Assembly (NCBI GenBank): GCA_041940025.1
Contig: JBGTSY010000005.1
Coordinates: 68,741-132,740, forward strand
DNA from: Thiotrichaceae bacterium
Lineage (GTDB): Bacteria; Pseudomonadota; Gammaproteobacteria; UBA5859
Reading direction: 5' to 3'
DNA: 64,000 bases
In this document: piece by piece, positions 58,900-64,000 of the stretch
Numbering within the stretch: the stretch's first letter is position 1
Layout: each line of letters opens with the position of its first letter
Position numbers and translations under genes: made by a program
Notes under the pieces: generated by a model
Databases searched by the model: none
What the model was told of the DNA's origin: nothing
The model's input: the letters and a program-made list of their open reading frames with translations, nothing else

Positions 58900-60865
58900 G
58901 CGAAGCACCGATAGATAAGGCATGTCTAGCAGAGGAATCTTTATCATTTGACGAAGAATCTGCTGAAGAAATGATAGGTGGCACGGGGCAATCCAGAGCT
59001 TCTGCGACAGATCTTAAAAATTCAGCTTCCCTAGTTTTGATTTGTCTGTCGTCGAGCACGGTTTCTACCAGGGCTTTCAATATTTTCATTCGCGGCATGA
59101 TGGCCAGATCATGTAAGTCGTCCAATGCCTTTTTCACTTCTTTCAGATTGAACCCCGATTCAAGCAGACGTTGTGGTCCTAGATCTAAATAGGTTGTCCC
59201 CGCCTTAAAGGCTTTTTTTCTACTCGCACTATCGGGATGGCCGACAATGGCCATCACTGAGAGAATCAGTACACAGGGCTCGATGATTTGGCCAATGTGT
59301 TTGAATCTAATTTTTGGCGCGTGTCCCGTTTTCGGTCCAAGTTGACGACAGAGAATCGTATAGAGCACAAACTCAAATAGAGTCACCTTTTCATCGGCCT
59401 CAATGATCTGTTTGAAATGATTCAAAAGCTGATTTTTTTCTTCCTGTGTTAGTTCTCGTAATCTGTGCACACTGAGATCGATCAAGGGGACTCGATATTC
59501 ATCTGGCAGAGCCTCAATCTGTGCATGAATTTCACTTAATGTCTCGACGGCATCAGAGAGATCTGCCGAATGTTTGTCTAACATTCGGCTCATCTGTTCA
59601 TCTTTTTGTTCAGATGCCAGTAGTGATAGCAGAATGGCCTTAGCACCGTTGAAACTGTGAGTGTGTTGTCGAATGTTCTCGGGCATGCTTTGCAAGAGAG
59701 TACGGGCATAGTGCACCTGTGCGTCATTCACTTGTCCCACGCTATTGATCACCGTGTCTGAATCTGTCTCAACGCTTTTAGCACCGCCCTGCAGTTGACT
59801 GATACCATGGATCTCGTCGTCCAATGGTACTTGCACTTCGGTGTCGTAGGTTTCCAACTGTAAATCGGGATCAATGCGCTGAATACGCTTCTCGAGCGGT
59901 GGATGGGTGGCTAGCATTTGGCTAAAGTTGATTTGTCGAACCCCTTCACCAAATAACATGTGACTCATCTCTTCAGTATGACGGTTCATAATGAGTGAAC
60001 CAGAAGCGTTTTGATAAATTTTTTTTAATGCGTGGGCGATCCCACTTGGGTTCCGGGTAAATTGAACCGCACTGGCGTCAGCTAAAAATTCTCGTTGACG
60101 GGAGACAGCTGCTTTGATGAGTCTGCCAAAAAATATACCGGCGTATCCAAGTACATAGAGTGCGAGACCAATACCCATGATGGCCGCTGTGCTCTGTGCA
60201 CTGTCTCGACTGCGATAACGAGCATAACGCTGACTGCGCAATAGGAATCCGCCAATGGCACCAATCACCAGGATGCCATTGAGGATGCCCATGAGGCGAA
60301 TATTAATTCGCATGTCGCCATTTAAAATGTGGCTAAATTCATGGGCGATCACGCCCTGTAATTCGTCCCGGTTTAAAATTTCCAATGCACCCTTGGTGAC
60401 GGCAACTGCGGCTTCGTTGGGTGAATACCCGGCAGCAAAGGCATTGATACCGGGCTCTTCACGCATCACAAATACTTCTGGGATTTGCACTCCGGAGGCA
60501 ATAGCCATTTCTTCCACCACATTCAGCAATCGCCGCTCTAAGGGATCTTGGGTGTCAGCAGAGACTGGATCGCCACCCATCAATTCTGCAACAGCACGCC
60601 CCCCACGACTTAACTGAACCAGACGCACTAAAGTACCGGTGCCGATGATTAGCAAGGTGACAGTTGTACTATAAAAGTAGATGTGCAGTGGTAGCCACTG
60701 CCAAAATTGCGGTGGTCCTAAGGTGTGTGGTGAAAGGCTATATAAAACCACTGCATGGATGACAAGATTGACACCCAATACAATAAAAAGCACCGCCAGG
60801 AAAAAATAGAAAAGCAGAATACCCGTTTGGCGTTTTGCGTGCGCTTGATGCTCAAAGAAATTCAC
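58889..60865 (-). CDS. M48 (HtpX-like) membrane zinc metalloprotease with C-terminal extension
   Basis: NVVEEMAIASG, INAFAAG, AHEFSH, SRQREFLADA, THPPL. Confidence 0.92.
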   Translation of the reverse strand: MNFFEHQAHAKRQTGILLFYFFLAVLFIVLGVNLVIHAVVLYSLSPHTLGPPQFWQWLPLHIYFYSTTVTLLIIGTGTLVRLVQLSRGGRAVAELMGGDPVSADTQDPLERRLLNVVEEMAIASGVQIPEVFVMREEPGINAFAAGYSPNEAAVAVTKGALEILNRDELQGVIAHEFSHILNGDMRINIRLMGILNGILVIGAIGGFLLRSQRYARYRSRDSAQSTAAIMGIGLALYVLGYAGIFFGRLIKAAVSRQREFLADASAVQFTRNPSGIAHALKKIYQNASGSLIMNRHTEEMSHMLFGEGVRQINFSQMLATHPPLEKRIQRIDPDLQLETYDTEVQVPLDDEIHGISQLQGGAKSVETDSDTVINSVGQVNDAQVHYARTLLQSMPENIRQHTHSFNGAKAILLSLLASEQKDEQMSRMLDKHSADLSDAVETLSEIHAQIEALPDEYRVPLIDLSVHRLRELTQEEKNQLLNHFKQIIEADEKVTLFEFVLYTILCRQLGPKTGHAPKIRFKHIGQIIEPCVLILSVMAIVGHPDSASRKKAFKAGTTYLDLGPQRLLESGFNLKEVKKALDDLHDLAIMPRMKILKALVETVLDDRQIKTREAEFLRSVAEALDCPVPPIISSADSSSNDKDSSARHALSIGASLRV

Positions 60866-61453
60866 TTAACTAAAGCTTACGTTAACTGGCTCTCTTTCAA
60901 CGGCGTCTTCTATTTCCCATAGATCTGCTTCGCTGAAGTTAAATGGTCTGGCGATAAATAGATCCGGAAAACTTTCAATGGCGGTGTTGTAGGTCATTAC
61001 ACTGTCGTTATAGGCTTGACGAGCGAAACTAATTTTATTTTCAGTACTGGTGAGCTCTTCGCTCAACTGGGCCATGTTTTGATTCGCTTTGAGATCGGGA
61101 TAGTTTTCAGCTAAAGCAAAAAACCGTCCTAAGGCCTGAGACAGTCCTGACTCGGCTTGTATCATTGCACCCATGTGTCCCGCGCTGGCACCTTGATTGG
61201 CAGTGACGGCGCTATTGCGGGCGGCGATGACTGCTTCTAAAGTTTCTCTTTCATGAGCTAAATAGGCTTTCGCTGTCTCGACCAGATTAGGGATTAGATC
61301 GTAGCGCCGTTTTAGTTGCACATCGATTTGTGCGAAGCTATTCTCATATTGGTTCTGCAATCGAACGAGATTGTTGTAAATTGCAATGAGATAAATAACG
61401 GTGCCAACGATGATGGCTAATATTATGATAAGAAATAGGGTAAAACCATTCAT
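60866..61453 (-). CDS. lemA: LemA-family protein
   Basis: N-terminal TM, YNNLV, IDVQLKRRYDLIPNLV, YPDLKAN, ENKISFARQAYN. Confidence 0.95.
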   Translation of the reverse strand: MNGFTLFLIIILAIIVGTVIYLIAIYNNLVRLQNQYENSFAQIDVQLKRRYDLIPNLVETAKAYLAHERETLEAVIAARNSAVTANQGASAGHMGAMIQAESGLSQALGRFFALAENYPDLKANQNMAQLSEELTSTENKISFARQAYNDSVMTYNTAIESFPDLFIARPFNFSEADLWEIEDAVEREPVNVSFS

Positions 61454-61846
61454 TCAAATTCTCCGGCGACCACCAGGGGGCGTGGGTGCGTAGTTCAGTT
61501 ATTTTATCACTGTCCCTTGTACTTGGAATTTCTATATTAATCAATTCACAAGCCAATTTACTAGTAGGATTAATTTAATCTCCTGAAAAAGTCTACCAGT
61601 TGTTACGAATAAAGCGTGACACTGTTTCTCTTAAGAATATAGAATGTGGGCAATCTAGACGGACTAGGGGCACACTGAGAAAAAGTGTCCCTGTTCCTCT
61701 TAATAGAGGGTATTTTTCTTTTCAAAAATGCAACTTCGCTAACAAAAGTGTCCTGGCTAGCGATCCACTAAAAACAGATCTGTGGAAGCAGGTCGTTGAT
61801 AAGACGGCGGGTTTTAAACGGCCGACTAAACTAAATTGGCACACTA

Positions 61847-63751
61847 ATGGACGAACAGAAAGCACCCAAAAAAGATCCGTCTCCCCAGGAGCACGACCCC
61901 CGATCTGCACTTCGCCCCTTAATTTACACTCTCATACTGTTTTCAATCTATTTTATCTTGACTCAATATATGGGGGAGGCACCTGAAGATATTAGTTACA
62001 CTGAGTTTAAGAGCCAAATCGCTGCAGGCCGTGTGGCTGAGATCACCATTCAAAATGACAGTGTTACCGGTAAATATGTCACCGACCAAGTGGAACAGGT
62101 GGGGGATGGAAATTTCCCCAGAGCGGATTTTAAAACGGTGCTACCCGCAATTGAGGATCCGGATCTTTGGCCTCTGTTGGTGGAGGCAGACGTCAAGGTT
62201 ACCGCGAAACCTCTAGAGTCGCCGGTGTGGGTTCAAATCATTATTTCACTTATTCCTTGGATCTTGATTTTTGCACTGTTCTTCTACTCGAGTCGTGCGA
62301 TGCGCGGCGCGATGGGTGGGCGTGGCGGACTGTTTGATTTTTCACGTTCAAAGGCGCGTCGGTTTGAGAAAGAGTCGATACATATTGGTTATGATGATGT
62401 GGCTGGTGTGGACAGTGCGAAGCAAGATCTGCAAGAGGTGATCGACTTTCTCCGCCATCCGGAAAAGTACCGAAAAATCGGCGCGAAAATGCCCAAGGGT
62501 ATTCTGATGATGGGGCCACCAGGGACAGGGAAAACCTTATTGGCCAAGGCCACCGCGGGGGAGGCGAATGTGCCATTTTTTAGTATCAGTGGCTCTGAGT
62601 TTATCGAAATGTTTGTGGGTGTAGGTGCCTCTCGGGTGCGGGACATGTTTACCGAAGCACGTAAGGTGGCACCCTCACTCATTTTCATTGATGAGATTGA
62701 TTCCGTCGGCCGCGTTCGCGGTACCGGCATGGGTGGTGGAAATGATGAACGGGAACAGACTCTTAATCAGGTGTTGGCGGAGATGGATGGCTTTACAGCC
62801 GAAGAAGCGGTAGTGGTGTTAGCGGCGACCAATCGGCCCGATGTGTTAGATCCGGCATTGCTCCGTCCTGGACGCTTCGATAGAAAAATAGTATTGGAGT
62901 TGCCACAAAGGGAAGCAAGGAAAAAGATCTTGGAAGTGCATACGAAACAGGTGCCTCTGTCTAACAGTGATTTTTTGGATGATATTGCAGCACGCACAGT
63001 GGGATTTTCTGGTGCAGATCTCGCCAATTTGGTGAATGAAGCCGCGCTCACTGCCGCGCGAGACAACCGTGATCAGGTGACGCCAGATGATTTTGAAATT
63101 GCCCGTGATAAGGTGATCCTGGGCGCGAAGCGGGAACAGATCATGAACGAAGAGGAACGTCGTCGCGTGGCGTACCATGAAGCTGGACACGCAGTCGTCG
63201 CGGCCTATGCCGCCAATAGTGATCCCTTACGTAAGGTCAGCATTATTCCTCGAGGTCGTGCATTGGGCATGACAGAGCAAATGCCGATGGAAGATCGTCA
63301 TCACTATACTGAGCCCTACTTACAGGATCGTCTGCTGGTGATGCTCGGTGGTCGGGCGGCCGAATCTATCATTTTCAACCATGTCAGCAATGGTGCTGCC
63401 GACGATTTAGCCCAAGCGACCAAGTTAGCGCGTAAAATGGTTGGTCAATGGGGCATGAGTAAACAGATTGGACCGGTGAGTTTCCCGCAAAGTGAGGCGC
63501 ATCCGTTTCTTGGGCGGGACATTATTGAGTCCAGAGATTTCAGTGAGGAAACTCTAAAACGGATTGATTCAGAAGTGATAGAGCTGATCCACGAATCGGA
63601 TGTAAAAAGTAAGAGATTGATTGAGCAACATCTCAGTCAATTGAATGCATTGGCAGAAGCATTATTAGAACAAGAATCTTTAGATGAGCTGGCACTACAT
63701 GCGTTGTTAAAGCCCGTGCAATCAGCTGCTGTCGCCAGTGTTAAAGATTAA
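61847..63751 (+). CDS. ftsH: ATP-dependent zinc metalloprotease FtsH
   Basis: Two TM helices, [41 protein letters not shown]. Confidence 0.96.
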   Translation: MDEQKAPKKDPSPQEHDPRSALRPLIYTLILFSIYFILTQYMGEAPEDISYTEFKSQIAAGRVAEITIQNDSVTGKYVTDQVEQVGDGNFPRADFKTVLPAIEDPDLWPLLVEADVKVTAKPLESPVWVQIIISLIPWILIFALFFYSSRAMRGAMGGRGGLFDFSRSKARRFEKESIHIGYDDVAGVDSAKQDLQEVIDFLRHPEKYRKIGAKMPKGILMMGPPGTGKTLLAKATAGEANVPFFSISGSEFIEMFVGVGASRVRDMFTEARKVAPSLIFIDEIDSVGRVRGTGMGGGNDEREQTLNQVLAEMDGFTAEEAVVVLAATNRPDVLDPALLRPGRFDRKIVLELPQREARKKILEVHTKQVPLSNSDFLDDIAARTVGFSGADLANLVNEAALTAARDNRDQVTPDDFEIARDKVILGAKREQIMNEEERRRVAYHEAGHAVVAAYAANSDPLRKVSIIPRGRALGMTEQMPMEDRHHYTEPYLQDRLLVMLGGRAAESIIFNHVSNGAADDLAQATKLARKMVGQWGMSKQIGPVSFPQSEAHPFLGRDIIESRDFSEETLKRIDSEVIELIHESDVKSKRLIEQHLSQLNALAEALLEQESLDELALHALLKPVQSAAVASVKD

Positions 63752-63816
63752 CTGAATGGCATCAATAAAGAATATGACGAGTTTCAGCAGTCAATAAGCG
63801 TGTTATTTCTGCATGA

Positions 63817-64000
63817 CTATTTGAGATATTGATTAAATTGTCGCACAGCTAAGGCAAACAATGCGCCGCCTAATACCAGTATACCAAGAATGTCGTGCCA
63901 CACTTCGGCAATGCCATTTCCCTTTAAAAGAACTTCGTAACCAAAATCGATAAAGTACCGCATAGGAGAAATCAGACTCAATGTCTTCATCCAGGTGGAC
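63817..64000 (-). CDS. ABC-2 type transporter permease, C-terminal part (5' end outside the window)
   Basis: Manual translation ...WMKTLSLISPMRYFIDFGYEVLLKGNGIAEVWHDILGILVLGGALFALAVRQFNQYLK*. Confidence 0.75.
   Translation of the reverse strand, partial: STWMKTLSLISPMRYFIDFGYEVLLKGNGIAEVWHDILGILVLGGALFALAVRQFNQYLK

Overview
A 64 kb chromosomal window, most likely from a Gammaproteobacterium (inferred from gene content). No rRNA, tRNA or CRISPR array was seen. The left part (1-22.8 kb) holds lipid-catabolic genes (SDRs, a Baeyer-Villiger monooxygenase, an acyl-CoA dehydrogenase pair) and phosphate-related genes: a phosphatase/phytase-like protein and an OlsF-like acyltransferase, each preceded by a Pho-box-like site, plus ppk1/ppx. 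The centre (23.3-41.4 kb) is a polymorphic Rhs toxin locus. One full-length, PAAR-less Rhs gene is followed by about 13 kb of orphan core/CT fragments, immunity-type genes, an IS3-family element, a degraded REP-associated tyrosine transposase (RAYT) and REP-like repeats. Two observations stand out. First, the Rhs core is interrupted by a 267-aa insert comprising a DUF11-like Ig domain, a CFI-box-CTERM-like segment, hydrophobic helices and an internal signal-peptide-like sequence ending AQA|G, which suggests a membrane-tethered, split Rhs. Second, two orphan cassettes begin directly after copies of the same REP-like element, which suggests RAYT/REP-linked cassette shuffling. The right part (41.6-64 kb) encodes a secreted EEP nuclease, a GST/tautomerase/LysR cluster, a P450, an acyl-CoA ligase flanked by two small-SBP/porin pairs, an LPP20/LpoB lipoprotein operon, lemA with an M48 protease, ftsH and a partial ABC permease. 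All family calls come from motif recognition by eye, not from database searches.
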